Source of the DNA: Deltaproteobacteria bacterium
GTDB taxonomy: Bacteria; Desulfobacterota; Deferrisomatia; Deferrisomatales; BM512
Reading direction: 5' to 3'
Assembly: GCA_002869015.1 (NCBI GenBank)
Contig: PKTT01000002.1
Location: 32,299 to 96,298 of the forward strand
Length of the DNA: 64,000 bases
Within the stretch, counting starts at the first letter, position 1, and the number at the start of each line of letters is the position of its first letter. The notes beneath the pieces are model-generated. The model was not told where the DNA came from. It made no database searches and saw nothing but the letters and a program-made list of their open reading frames with translations. The translations under genes and the position numbers were made by a program. Of the stretch, positions 35,976-44,848 are shown one piece after another.

Positions 35976-36779
35976 TTATTTTAAATTCAACAAATCCATC
36001 ATTTCATATACACCCGTAGGCTGGGCAACGATCCACTCAGCGGCCTTCACGGCGCCCCTGGCAAAAGTTTCGCGAGAGCTAGCCTTGTGGGTCAACTCCA
36101 ACCTTTCGCCTAGTGTACCGAAAATTACGGTGTGGTCGCCGACCACATCTCCAGCCCTTACCGCATGCATTCCAATCTCTTTAGTAGTTCTTTCGCCCAC
36201 AATTCCCCCGCGACCATCTATGCAGTCGGTAGCGGCATTACGGCCTAGGGCGCTCGCCACCTCCTCGGCAAGGCGTTTTGCCGAGCCTGAGGGTGCGTCC
36301 TTTTTAAAGCGGTGGTGTGTCTCTACTATCTCCACATCGTAATCATCGCCAAGGAGCGTTGCCGCTTCACGGACCAACTTGAAAAGGATATTCATCCCCA
36401 CGCTCATGTTGGGGGTGAAAAATATACGACAGTCTTTTCGCGCCCTTATGGAGTCCTTCTCCTCGGGGGTAAAACCAGTGGAGCCTATGACTATTGCTTT
36501 GCCTGCTTTAGCGACAATCTCGATGTTGCTTATGGACACCTCTGCATTGGTGAAATCCACGAGTACGTCGCAATGCTCCATAGCCGCCGCCACATCATCC
36601 GTAAGGGGGATATCGGCTTTCCCGTAACCGGCAATCAGCCCTACATCCTCACCTAGGGAGGGGTGTCCGGGGCGCTCCAAACCAGCAGCGACAACCATCC
36701 CCTCAGCTTCATTGACAAGGCGTGCGATGAGCCCGCCCATCCTGCCGGCAGCGCCGGTAATAGCAACTTTTACCATCAT
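35976..36779 (-). CDS. dapB: 4-hydroxy-tetrahydrodipicolinate reductase
   Basis: VKVAITGAAGRMG NAD(P)-binding loop and EIVETHHRFKKDAPSGSA motif. Confidence 0.9.
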   Translation of the reverse strand: MMVKVAITGAAGRMGGLIARLVNEAEGMVVAAGLERPGHPSLGEDVGLIAGYGKADIPLTDDVAAAMEHCDVLVDFTNAEVSISNIEIVAKAGKAIVIGSTGFTPEEKDSIRARKDCRIFFTPNMSVGMNILFKLVREAATLLGDDYDVEIVETHHRFKKDAPSGSAKRLAEEVASALGRNAATDCIDGRGGIVGERTTKEIGMHAVRAGDVVGDHTVIFGTLGERLELTHKASSRETFARGAVKAAEWIVAQPTGVYEMMDLLNLK

Positions 36780-36786
36780 AGCTCCG

Positions 36787-37659
36787 CTAGATCAGACCAT
36801 AACGGTTAAGCTCAGCCCTAAGCTCAGCCTCGCTCGCTTCGGTAAGCGGGCAAAGAGGCATTCGAACTGAGAAATCCAAGCGGCCCATCATCCCGAGCGC
36901 CATCTTGACCGGCACAGGGTTGACCTCAAGGAACATGGCGCGGGCCAGCGGCGCGAGCTTGAAGTGAAGCGCCTTGGCCTTCAACATGTCACCGGCATTC
37001 GCAGAAGCGCAGAGCGCGGACATATCGGCTGGGGCGACATTTGAGACCACTGAGATAACCCCTTTTCCACCAACGGAGATAAGGGGGAGCACGGTGGCGT
37101 CATCACCGGAGATTACATCAAAATCCTCGCCGCAAAGCTCCACTATCTGCGAAACCTGGCAAAGGTCGCCGCTGGCCTCTTTGATACCCACTACCTCCGG
37201 TATCTTTGAGAGCTCCTTGACAACTGAAGGCACAAGGTTAACCGCCGTGCGGCTCGGAACGTTGTAGACGACGATCGGCATCGAAGCCTCAGCCGCGATT
37301 CGCTTATAATGTGCGTAAAGGCCTTCTAGGGTAGGTTTGTTGTAGTATGGGGTTATGATCAGCGCCCCATCCGCTCCGGCATCCTTCGCGTATTGTGTCA
37401 AATCCACCGCTTCGGCGGTATTATTGGAGCCGGTGCCCGCTATAACAGGGACCCTGCCCTTCGCCTCATCAATCGCGATGTCGATTACCCTGCGATGCTC
37501 TTCGTGGCTCAGGGTTGCGGATTCGCCTGTAGTGCCGCAAGGGACGATCCCGTCTATACCCTCCTCGATTTGCCAATTTATGTGTCTACGAAAGGACTCC
37601 TCATCTATGGTCCCCCCTGAAAAGGGGGTCACAAGGGCAGTCATTGCTCCGCTGAACAT
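36787..37659 (-). CDS. dapA: 4-hydroxy-tetrahydrodipicolinate synthase
   Basis: TALVTPF, GTTGES and active-site Lys context VGIKEASGD. Confidence 0.92.
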   Translation of the reverse strand: MFSGAMTALVTPFSGGTIDEESFRRHINWQIEEGIDGIVPCGTTGESATLSHEEHRRVIDIAIDEAKGRVPVIAGTGSNNTAEAVDLTQYAKDAGADGALIITPYYNKPTLEGLYAHYKRIAAEASMPIVVYNVPSRTAVNLVPSVVKELSKIPEVVGIKEASGDLCQVSQIVELCGEDFDVISGDDATVLPLISVGGKGVISVVSNVAPADMSALCASANAGDMLKAKALHFKLAPLARAMFLEVNPVPVKMALGMMGRLDFSVRMPLCPLTEASEAELRAELNRYGLI

Positions 37660-37769
37660 CGGATTCTCCCAGGTATATTTTCTGGACTGTAGGGGCCTTT
37701 AGGGCCTAATCTATCGGTTGTATTTTAGTTGAGTGGCAGGATGCCGCGCTCTTTAGCCGAAGTCTATAT

Positions 37770-38021
37770 CTATTCTGCGGAGGGGCAACCCGAACAAGCT
37801 GGTTTTGAGCCGCTTGCTGCACAACTTGCGCCGCTATCCTTTTTGCCGTAATCAGTCTGGTACCAGCCTGAACCTTTGAGGGCGAAAGAGGACCTTGAAA
37901 TCAACTTTTCAACTGGGCCTGAGGCGCACTTGGGGCACTCCTCAACAGGGCCTTCGGAAAACTTTCTCTGTAACTCAAACTCGGCGCCGCAACTTTGGCA
38001 CCGGTATTCATAGACAGGCAT
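37770..38021 (-). CDS. FmdB family zinc-ribbon protein
   Basis: MPVYEYRCQSCGAEFE...CPKC signature, with ATG at 38021. Cys-rich tail CAASGSKPACSGC. Confidence 0.8.
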   Translation of the reverse strand: MPVYEYRCQSCGAEFELQRKFSEGPVEECPKCASGPVEKLISRSSFALKGSGWYQTDYGKKDSGASCAASGSKPACSGCPSAE

Positions 38022-38094
38022 AAAAAAACCTCCTCGAAACAGTATCTTTTCTTCTTCGTTCAAAGGAACGTGGAACTATAACACCGGTCTTGGC

Positions 38095-39246
38095 ATGAAG
38101 CAACTCAATGAAAGCTCAAACAATTGGTGGGCAACGGGCGAGGGGGTAACCCTCGGAGGCGGCGTAATCAACGTTGTCATCGGTTTCATAAAATTTTTTG
38201 CCGGGTCTGTCGGAGGCAGCCCCGCGCTTCTCGCCGACGCGCTCCATTCATTCTCCGATTTGGCTACCGATATCGTAGTCCTTCTTGGTTATCGTATTGG
38301 CAGAGCGCCGGAAGACGATAAGCACCCATGGGGTCACGGCAAAATTGAGACCCTCGCCACCCTAATAATGGGGGTGGTCATATCGGTGCTGGGCGTGGGC
38401 ATGGCGATTGACGCAGTGATCAACCTCACAGGTGAACCCTCACCAACACCTCCCGGGATAATCGCTTTGGGAGCTGCGCTGCTTTCAATAGTCGGCAAAG
38501 AGGGGCTTTTTCGCTGGACCGCCTGGGTCGCCAGGGGCACCGACAGCCGCCTTATCCTATCAAACGCATGGCACCACAGGACGGACTCACTCTCCTCAAT
38601 CGCCGCGTTGCTTGGCGTCTGGGCTGCCAGGAATGGTTTTTGGTGGGGAGACCCTCTTGCAGTGATAGTTGTATCTCTCTTCATCGTCAAGGTTGGCGCA
38701 GACCTTCTCCTGCCCGCCTACCAAGACCTTACCGACGCCTCTGTTGAGGATGAAACGCTCATCATCATTGAGGAAACCCTTGGCAATATACAAGGAGTGA
38801 AAGGCTACCACAACGTACGCGCCCGCAGAGCTGGGGCCGAACTCTTCATCGATATTGATATAGAGGTCGACGGCGGCTTAAACGTCATACAGGGTCATGA
38901 CGTAGCGCGTGCGGTAAAGACGGCGCTTCTCACCGGTGTCAAGGGAACCCGCGACGTTATGGTCCATATTGAACCGATAGAGGCGAGAGTTGAGGTCGAA
39001 CGTAGGGAATTACTGCAAAAACGTGCCGCCGAAATAGCGTTGGAGACTCAGGGGGTGCTTGGCGTTCATGGAGTCAGGCTAATCCCGGATGCAAGCGGGT
39101 GCCTGATAAACATAGATATCGAGGTTTCACCGGATTTAATAATTAAAGAGGCACACGAGATCGCCCACAACCTAAAGTACAAGTTAAAGGAACTTGAGGG
39201 CGTCGGCGATGCTGTCATCCACGTAGACCTCCACGGCGACGTCTAG
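38095..39246 (+). CDS. Cation diffusion facilitator family transporter with a tandemly duplicated C-terminal cytoplasmic domain
   Basis: Six TM helices with HSFSDLATD (TM2) and HHRTDSLSS (TM5) metal-site motifs. Two consecutive ZT_dimer-like units follow: GVKGYHNVRARRAGAELFIDIDIEV...VMVHIEP and GVLGVHGVRLIPDASGCLINIDIEV...AVIHVDLH. Confidence 0.85.
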   Translation: MKQLNESSNNWWATGEGVTLGGGVINVVIGFIKFFAGSVGGSPALLADALHSFSDLATDIVVLLGYRIGRAPEDDKHPWGHGKIETLATLIMGVVISVLGVGMAIDAVINLTGEPSPTPPGIIALGAALLSIVGKEGLFRWTAWVARGTDSRLILSNAWHHRTDSLSSIAALLGVWAARNGFWWGDPLAVIVVSLFIVKVGADLLLPAYQDLTDASVEDETLIIIEETLGNIQGVKGYHNVRARRAGAELFIDIDIEVDGGLNVIQGHDVARAVKTALLTGVKGTRDVMVHIEPIEARVEVERRELLQKRAAEIALETQGVLGVHGVRLIPDASGCLINIDIEVSPDLIIKEAHEIAHNLKYKLKELEGVGDAVIHVDLHGDV

Positions 39247-40064
39247 AGAGCACCCTCTACGTCCAAGGGCATCGGGGTAAAATCCTTCTCTATGAGGCCG
39301 AGCTTAGCCGCCTCCTTCGTAAAGCGGGAGAGCCCGGCCAGATGCCAGTTGGTCAAATCGTAGGATATGGTCTTCCAATATTCCGCAAGCCCTTCACTCC
39401 CAATCCACTTTGACTCAGGTGAGTCAAGCGCGTAGCGCTCATAGGAGCGGTAAGCCCGCTGACGCGCAGCGATTAGAAGGTGATAAAGCTCTTTGAAGCG
39501 GGCGGGCGCGGCCTCAAACCTGTCGCGGCGGGTTATCCAAAGTGCGAAGACGAAGGGCTGCCCAGTCTCCTCAAACCATAGCTCCCCAAGGTCATATACA
39601 TACTCCCATCCACCCTCCAGGCTGCCCTTGAGGGCTTGGTCTCCGATTAGAAGAAGCGCGTCCGGGTCGTCAACCAGCTCCTCTGTATACTCAGGCTTCA
39701 CACCCTTAAAACCCTCCAAGATTACTTTGAGGAGGCTGACCGAGGTGGCTGATGCGGGCGTAAGGGCTACCCTGCCGCCATCAAGTTCATTTAATGGGCG
39801 GTGGCTAAAGAGCAACACTGAGGCGACCTCGCCGATTGCCGATATGGAGAGGTCGGGCAGAAAACCGTACAGCTCCGGGTGGCGCAGGTATTCAACCGAG
39901 GAGGATGGTGATATGTCTATGGAGCCCGCACGCAGCAGGGCGTTGAGCTCTGTTGGCACGCCCCCTACGAAGGCAACATCGCCAAGTGAGCCCCCCTCTT
40001 CGAGCGCCCGAAAAATAGGTGTACAGTTGGCGAAGCCGATACGGCCAACCTTTAATCCGCTCAT
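39243..40064 (-). CDS. mqnA: Menaquinone biosynthesis protein of the MqnA/MqnD family (probable chorismate dehydratase, futalosine pathway)
   Basis: LKVGRIGFANCTPIF N-terminus and periplasmic-binding-protein-like fold length (273 aa). Neighbour of a UbiD-type decarboxylase. Confidence 0.7.
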   Translation of the reverse strand: MSGLKVGRIGFANCTPIFRALEEGGSLGDVAFVGGVPTELNALLRAGSIDISPSSSVEYLRHPELYGFLPDLSISAIGEVASVLLFSHRPLNELDGGRVALTPASATSVSLLKVILEGFKGVKPEYTEELVDDPDALLLIGDQALKGSLEGGWEYVYDLGELWFEETGQPFVFALWITRRDRFEAAPARFKELYHLLIAARQRAYRSYERYALDSPESKWIGSEGLAEYWKTISYDLTNWHLAGLSRFTKEAAKLGLIEKDFTPMPLDVEGAL

Positions 40065-40203
40065 GACGGAGCTACTCCTTAAAAAGTGTTTGACGCAGCG
40101 TATTTAACCCTGCTGGTTCTTTACACTTCACTCTGGTAAATTGTTGTCCTTTAAGCGTTAACGATACGACCCGTAAGACTGCGGGTCAAGCGAGGAAGAT
40201 ACA

Positions 40204-42030
40204 GTGCCCCCTTTCAGTTCCTTGAGGGAATTCATCACCGCACTTGATGCAGCGGGCGAACTGGTCAGGATCAAAAGTGAAGTCTCTCCTGACCTAGAGA
40301 TAGCCGCGATTGCAGATCAGGAGATGAAATCTCCCGGCGGCGGCAAAGCTCTTTTATTCGAGAAGGTCAGAGGCTCAAGCATGCCGGTGCTCGTAAATGC
40401 CTACGGCTCTAAAAAACGCCTCATAATGGCTCTTGGAGGCCATCCGGAGAATCACGGGAAGCGGATAGAGGAGTTGATGAAGCTCTCTCCCCCCGCCTCG
40501 CCCAGAGACTTTCTACGTCTTTTACCTACGCTGGGAGAGATACGCGCCCTATTCCCTAAGCGCAAGAAATCATCTTACCCCCCCTGTCAGGAGGTAATCC
40601 ACTCAGGCGAGGCGGTGGACCTCAGCAAGATACCAGTCCTAACCTGCTGGCCCGATGATGGCGGCCCCTTTGTAACCCTCCCCTGCGTTTTCACCAAAGA
40701 TCCCGAGACGGGAAGGCAAAACGTGGGCATGTACCGGCTGCAAATTTACGACAAGAAGACCACGGGCATGCACTGGCACATCCACAAGGACGGCTCCGTC
40801 AGCCACGCCGAACATAAAAGGCGCGGTGAGAGGATGGAGGTAGCGGTTGCTATAGGCACGGACCCATCGATTACATATGCGGCTACCGCACCCCTCCCCC
40901 ACGGCATCGACGAAGTTATGTTTGCCGGATTTCTAAGGGGGAAAGCCGTTGAGCTAAGTAAATGCGTGACGGTGGACCTTTGGGTACCATCAACCGCAGA
41001 GATAATAATTGAAGGATATGTCGAACCCGGCGAGAGCCGCATTGAGGGGCCCTTCGGTGACCACACCGGCTACTACTCACCCGCCGACCCCTACCCTGTA
41101 TTTCATGTAACGGCAATCACCCACCGCCGCGACCCAATCTACTTCTCCACGGTAGTTGGCATCCCCCCGATGGAGGATGAGTGGCTTGGGTGGGCTACTG
41201 AGCGAATATTCCTGCCGCTCCTTCGGACCAACTGGCCGGAGGTAACCCAGATGCATCTGCCCGTCGAGGGTGTCTTTCATAACCTCTGCCTTGCCGCTAT
41301 AAGAAAGATTTACCCCCTACAGGCGCGGCGTTTGATGTCGGGCTTTTGGGGCGCGGGCCAAATGAGCTTCACCAAGATCATCTCCGTATTTGACGAAGAG
41401 GATATGGTCACCGACCCGAGCGCAGCCGCCAAAACCGCACTAAACCGCATCCGCATCCCTGAAGATCTAATCTTTACCGAGGGGGTAATGGATGCCTTGG
41501 ACCACTCCTCACCTCACCCTCTCTGGGGGGGCAAATTAGGCATTGATGCAACTACCAAGTTGGAAGGTGAGCCGGGATATGGTGAACCGCTGCCCGAATG
41601 CGCCTCTGCTCCCGGCGAAGAGGAGGTATACTCTAAACTAGAGGCAGACGTTGGCGGGCTTTTGAAATGTATAATTCCATTTACCGATACGCGGTTAACT
41701 CTGCTAATCATGGTAATAGAAAAAGTCGGCGCCGGTGATAGGGTCAAAGCTGCCAGCAAAGCCATCGAGCTTGACGGCATAGATATCGCGGTTGCAGTAG
41801 AGGGGCAAAAGAACGAGTCCCTGCGACTGCTCATATGGCGGGCATTATCTTCAATTGACCCCAAACGGGATATAACCGTCAAAGGTGCCAAGGCAGCGGT
41901 ATACGCTACGAAAAAACATGGCGAAGAGGAGGGCCACTTCAGAGAATGGCCTGAAGAGGTCTCACACCCCGCAGAGGTTCTGAAAAAAGCTGTAGAGATA
42001 GCCCGCGAGGCGGGCCTTAGAAGAGGTTAA
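40204..42030 (+). CDS. UbiD family decarboxylase (menaquinone-biosynthesis decarboxylase type)
   Basis: 608 aa. LREFITALDAAGELVRI start, NVGMYRLQIYD and GPFGDHTGYY motifs of UbiD. GTG start at 40204. Confidence 0.8.
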   Translation: MPPFSSLREFITALDAAGELVRIKSEVSPDLEIAAIADQEMKSPGGGKALLFEKVRGSSMPVLVNAYGSKKRLIMALGGHPENHGKRIEELMKLSPPASPRDFLRLLPTLGEIRALFPKRKKSSYPPCQEVIHSGEAVDLSKIPVLTCWPDDGGPFVTLPCVFTKDPETGRQNVGMYRLQIYDKKTTGMHWHIHKDGSVSHAEHKRRGERMEVAVAIGTDPSITYAATAPLPHGIDEVMFAGFLRGKAVELSKCVTVDLWVPSTAEIIIEGYVEPGESRIEGPFGDHTGYYSPADPYPVFHVTAITHRRDPIYFSTVVGIPPMEDEWLGWATERIFLPLLRTNWPEVTQMHLPVEGVFHNLCLAAIRKIYPLQARRLMSGFWGAGQMSFTKIISVFDEEDMVTDPSAAAKTALNRIRIPEDLIFTEGVMDALDHSSPHPLWGGKLGIDATTKLEGEPGYGEPLPECASAPGEEEVYSKLEADVGGLLKCIIPFTDTRLTLLIMVIEKVGAGDRVKAASKAIELDGIDIAVAVEGQKNESLRLLIWRALSSIDPKRDITVKGAKAAVYATKKHGEEEGHFREWPEEVSHPAEVLKKAVEIAREAGLRRG

Positions 42031-42031
42031 T

Positions 42032-43021
42032 ATGTCGGCGTCAAAAACAATACCGGGCAATCTAATGTCATCAGGGGAGGCAAGCGCGTGCATCGAGTCA
42101 ATCGAGAACACCCAAAGCTGCCGGGAAAAACTCCCAGAGATAGTTGACTCCATCCTCGAATCCTGCAAACGCGAGGAGGAGACCCTGACACATGTGAACT
42201 CAGAGCTACTGCCCTCCAAGGAGGAGGTCACCGGCCTCGTCAGGTTAATGATGGAGCTGGTCTTCCCCGGCTACTTTGGGGACAAGCAGGTTGATGCCTC
42301 CACTCTCCCCTACTACATAGGGGATAAGGCTTCGGAGCTGCTCGACCGCCTATCTCTACAGTGCGAGCACGCTATTCGACATGAGTGCCGCCGCACCAAC
42401 CGCAGCTGCGTTCACTGCGTCGAAATGGGAAAGGAGCTCGCCATATCCTTTCTGAAGGAGATACCAGAGGTCAGACGCCTCGCGGCAAGCGATGTCCGCG
42501 CTGCATACAAGGGCGACCCCGCTGCTAAGTCCTTTGACGAGGTGGTTTTCTGTTACCCCGGCCTATTGGCTATTACAGTGTATCGCCTATCCCACGTTCT
42601 CTATACCTTAGGCGCGCCGCTGCTCCCCAGGATAATGACGGAGTACGCCCACAGCGAAACCGCCATAGACATCCACCCCGGCGCGAAGATCGATGAAGAG
42701 TTCTTCATTGACCACGGCTCAGGTGTCGTAATCGGCGAGACCTGCGAAATCGGAAAAGGAGTCACCCTATATCAGGGAGTGACCCTTGGCGCGCTTAGCT
42801 TCGCAAGGGAGGAGGACGGCTCCATAGTGCGCGGCACGAAGCGCCATCCGACCATCGAAGATGGGGTGGTGATCTACTCGGGCGCGACGATTCTCGGTGG
42901 CAACACAGTCATTGGCAAAAACTGCGTAATAGGCGGCAACGTCTGGATGACTAAGTCCCTGCCGGAGGGGACTACAGTTACAATTTCAAGCCCCGACCTC
43001 GTTTACAGACAGCGGAGATAA
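42032..43021 (+). CDS. cysE: Serine O-acetyltransferase-like hexapeptide acyltransferase (long form)
   Basis: DIHPGAKIDEEFFIDHGSGVVIGETCEIGKGVTLYQGVTLG left-handed beta-helix core with a 150-aa N-terminal extension. Start is 1 nt after the UbiD stop. Confidence 0.75.
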   Translation: MSASKTIPGNLMSSGEASACIESIENTQSCREKLPEIVDSILESCKREEETLTHVNSELLPSKEEVTGLVRLMMELVFPGYFGDKQVDASTLPYYIGDKASELLDRLSLQCEHAIRHECRRTNRSCVHCVEMGKELAISFLKEIPEVRRLAASDVRAAYKGDPAAKSFDEVVFCYPGLLAITVYRLSHVLYTLGAPLLPRIMTEYAHSETAIDIHPGAKIDEEFFIDHGSGVVIGETCEIGKGVTLYQGVTLGALSFAREEDGSIVRGTKRHPTIEDGVVIYSGATILGGNTVIGKNCVIGGNVWMTKSLPEGTTVTISSPDLVYRQRR

Positions 43022-43029
43022 ATTTCTTT

Positions 43030-43419
43030 ATGAAGAGGAGCGCAACGCTTATCGGCCTCATCTTTTTGGCGGCGACTGCCCACGCTGGGTGGAATCCGAG
43101 CGGGTGGGAGGTACCCACAAAGGGTGAGCCACACTACACAATTTCGCCGGGTGAGGTGATAACCGACTCGCTGCTCGGCATCTACCGCGCCACTCAGGGT
43201 AGCGTAGGAGGCTCAAGTTGCCCGAGTTACCCCAGTTGCTCCGCTTACTCACTCCATGCGATAGACCTCTACGGCCCCCTTGTGGGGACGGTTCTTACTG
43301 CGGCGCGCCTAGTCTCTGAGGGCGACGAAGGCAACTTCGCCCCCGTTATCAATAAGGGGCGCACACTTGTCTACTCCCCCCCTGAATGGGACATGGCCTA
43401 TCTTAAGGGTGAACGATGA
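43030..43419 (+). CDS. YidD-like (DUF37) protein with an N-terminal signal peptide
   Basis: Signal MKRSATLIGLIFLAATAHA. The core IYRATQG...SSCPSYPSCSAYSLHAIDLYGPLVGTVLTAARL resembles YidD C-R-F-x-P-[ST]-C-S-x-Y...G...G. ATGA overlap with the next gene. Confidence 0.5.
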   Translation: MKRSATLIGLIFLAATAHAGWNPSGWEVPTKGEPHYTISPGEVITDSLLGIYRATQGSVGGSSCPSYPSCSAYSLHAIDLYGPLVGTVLTAARLVSEGDEGNFAPVINKGRTLVYSPPEWDMAYLKGER

Positions 43420-44252
43420 GGCTACTCTTTGCGGCTTTATTGGCATTAGCTTTAGCAGCGCCAGCAAATTCCGCTCCGCTACCTCCGGATGATGCTGCGG
43501 GAATCAACTCCTTTGGCGAAGCGCTCCTCGGCCTCGGCGAAAGTTACCGGGCAGCGACAGAGTTCATGAGGGTATTGCACCACTTCCCGGAAGATAGGGA
43601 GAATTCACAGCGCGCGCTCACAGGGCTTGGGCGAGCGTACACCATGGCAGGAAGGTGGGAGGAGGCCGCAGGGGTATACTCCAATTTGCTTAAAAGCGAG
43701 CCCTCGGAGACAAACCGCCACCGCTTGGGGGCCACGCTCTACAGGGCTGGAAGATATAACCCCGCGATCTCGATACTCTCTTCAGATAAATCTGACGCAA
43801 TGCGTACCCTCGCCACCCTGGCATGGCTAAAAGAGGGCAATTTCTCTGAGCAGCCGCCAAATCTCGATACACGGCTAATTGATGAATTTAAGAACCTCCC
43901 GCAAAAATCAAAGACCACGGCCGGGGTCCTCTCGGCGGTGCTCCCCGGCGCGGGCCACTACTATGTCGACCGTCCGCTGGATGGAACAATTGCTCTCGTG
44001 GTTAACGGCCTTTTCATCTGGGGCACAGTCAACGCTGCACAAAACGGGAGAGAGGAATTGGCCGTCACCCTGGGGGCTATAGAACTTATATGGTACTCAG
44101 GCACTATAACAGGGGCGGTTGCTGGGGCGGCAAAGTGGAACCACCGCGAGAAAGAGCGTTTTTTCTCCCGCCACGAACAAGGCGCTTTCCCCTCCTGGTC
44201 CATCATCCCCATACGCGGAGGCGGCGCTCTCGCCTGGACCGGCCGGTGGTGA
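43416..44252 (+). CDS. Signal peptide / TPR-like repeat protein with a C-terminal double-TM segment
   Basis: Signal MRLLFAALLALALAAPANSA and TPR-like helices (ALTGLGRAYTMAGRWEEAAGVYSNLL). C-terminal LSAVLPGAGHYYV...LVVNGLFIWG membrane hairpin. Confidence 0.5.
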   Translation: MRLLFAALLALALAAPANSAPLPPDDAAGINSFGEALLGLGESYRAATEFMRVLHHFPEDRENSQRALTGLGRAYTMAGRWEEAAGVYSNLLKSEPSETNRHRLGATLYRAGRYNPAISILSSDKSDAMRTLATLAWLKEGNFSEQPPNLDTRLIDEFKNLPQKSKTTAGVLSAVLPGAGHYYVDRPLDGTIALVVNGLFIWGTVNAAQNGREELAVTLGAIELIWYSGTITGAVAGAAKWNHREKERFFSRHEQGAFPSWSIIPIRGGGALAWTGRW

Positions 44253-44263
44253 CCTTCGCGCAT

Positions 44264-44292
44264 TGACCTGACGTTGGGGGGCCGCTAGAATG
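44264..44292 (+). promoter_or_regulatory. Sigma-70 promoter of ssb
   Basis: TTGACC (44264-44269), a 17-nt spacer, then TAGAAT (44287-44292), 38 nt upstream of ATG 44331. GGAG Shine-Dalgarno at 44320-44323. Confidence 0.6.
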
Positions 44293-44330
44293 GTGACCCG
44301 CTTTAACAATGATAGAGATTGGAGTAATTC

Positions 44331-44798
44331 ATGGCGAGAGGCGTCAATAAAGTCATTTTAATTGGAAACCTGGGCAAGGACCCTGAAGTCAGGTACACCC
44401 AGTCCGGCACCGCCGTGGCGAACTTCTCCCTTGCGACTACCGAGCGCCAGAAGCGCGGTGACGAGTGGGGAGACCATACCGAATGGCATAACATAGTCGT
44501 ATTTGGAAAGACCGCTGAAAACTGTCAGCAATACCTCTCAAAAGGATCACAGATTTTCATTGAGGGGCGTATACAGACACGAAAATGGCAGGACCGCGAC
44601 GGTAATGACCGCTACACGACGGAGATAGTAGCTAACAATGTCCAGTTCCTCAGCGGCAGCCGTCAAGGTGGAGGCAGCGGCGGGAGCTACGGCGGCGGTG
44701 GTGGTGGCTACGGCGGCGGCAGCGACTCCTCTGGAGGAAGCTTTCCCGAGCCATCTGGCGGGGGCGGCTTCGACCCCAACGACGACATACCCTTCTAG
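44331..44798 (+). CDS. ssb: Single-stranded DNA-binding protein
   Basis: [25 protein letters not shown]-fold N-terminus, Gly-rich linker and acidic tip DDIPF. Confidence 0.95.
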   Translation: MARGVNKVILIGNLGKDPEVRYTQSGTAVANFSLATTERQKRGDEWGDHTEWHNIVVFGKTAENCQQYLSKGSQIFIEGRIQTRKWQDRDGNDRYTTEIVANNVQFLSGSRQGGGSGGSYGGGGGGYGGGSDSSGGSFPEPSGGGGFDPNDDIPF

Positions 44799-44806
44799 CG
44801 CAAAAG

Positions 44807-44834
44807 AAAGGGCCTCATCCGAGGCCCTTTTTTA
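44807..44834. terminator. Bidirectional rho-independent terminator between ssb and the convergent peptidase gene
   Basis: Perfect 10-bp stem AAAGGGCCTC / GAGGCCCTTT with loop ATCC, followed by a T-run on the plus strand. The A-rich left flank gives a T-run on the minus strand. Confidence 0.8.
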
Positions 44835-44848
44835 ATGCCGTTTTTTTA

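Noticed and set aside
37660-37769. Possible terminator or lysine riboswitch between the FmdB-like gene and dapA
   Set aside because: Only a 4-bp GGCC palindrome is present, with no convincing stem or U-tract. 110 nt is too short for an L-box.
39493-40107. 204-aa ORF on the plus strand
   Set aside because: It is antisense to the mqnA-like gene. It is low-complexity and Ser/Pro/Arg-rich, with no start context.
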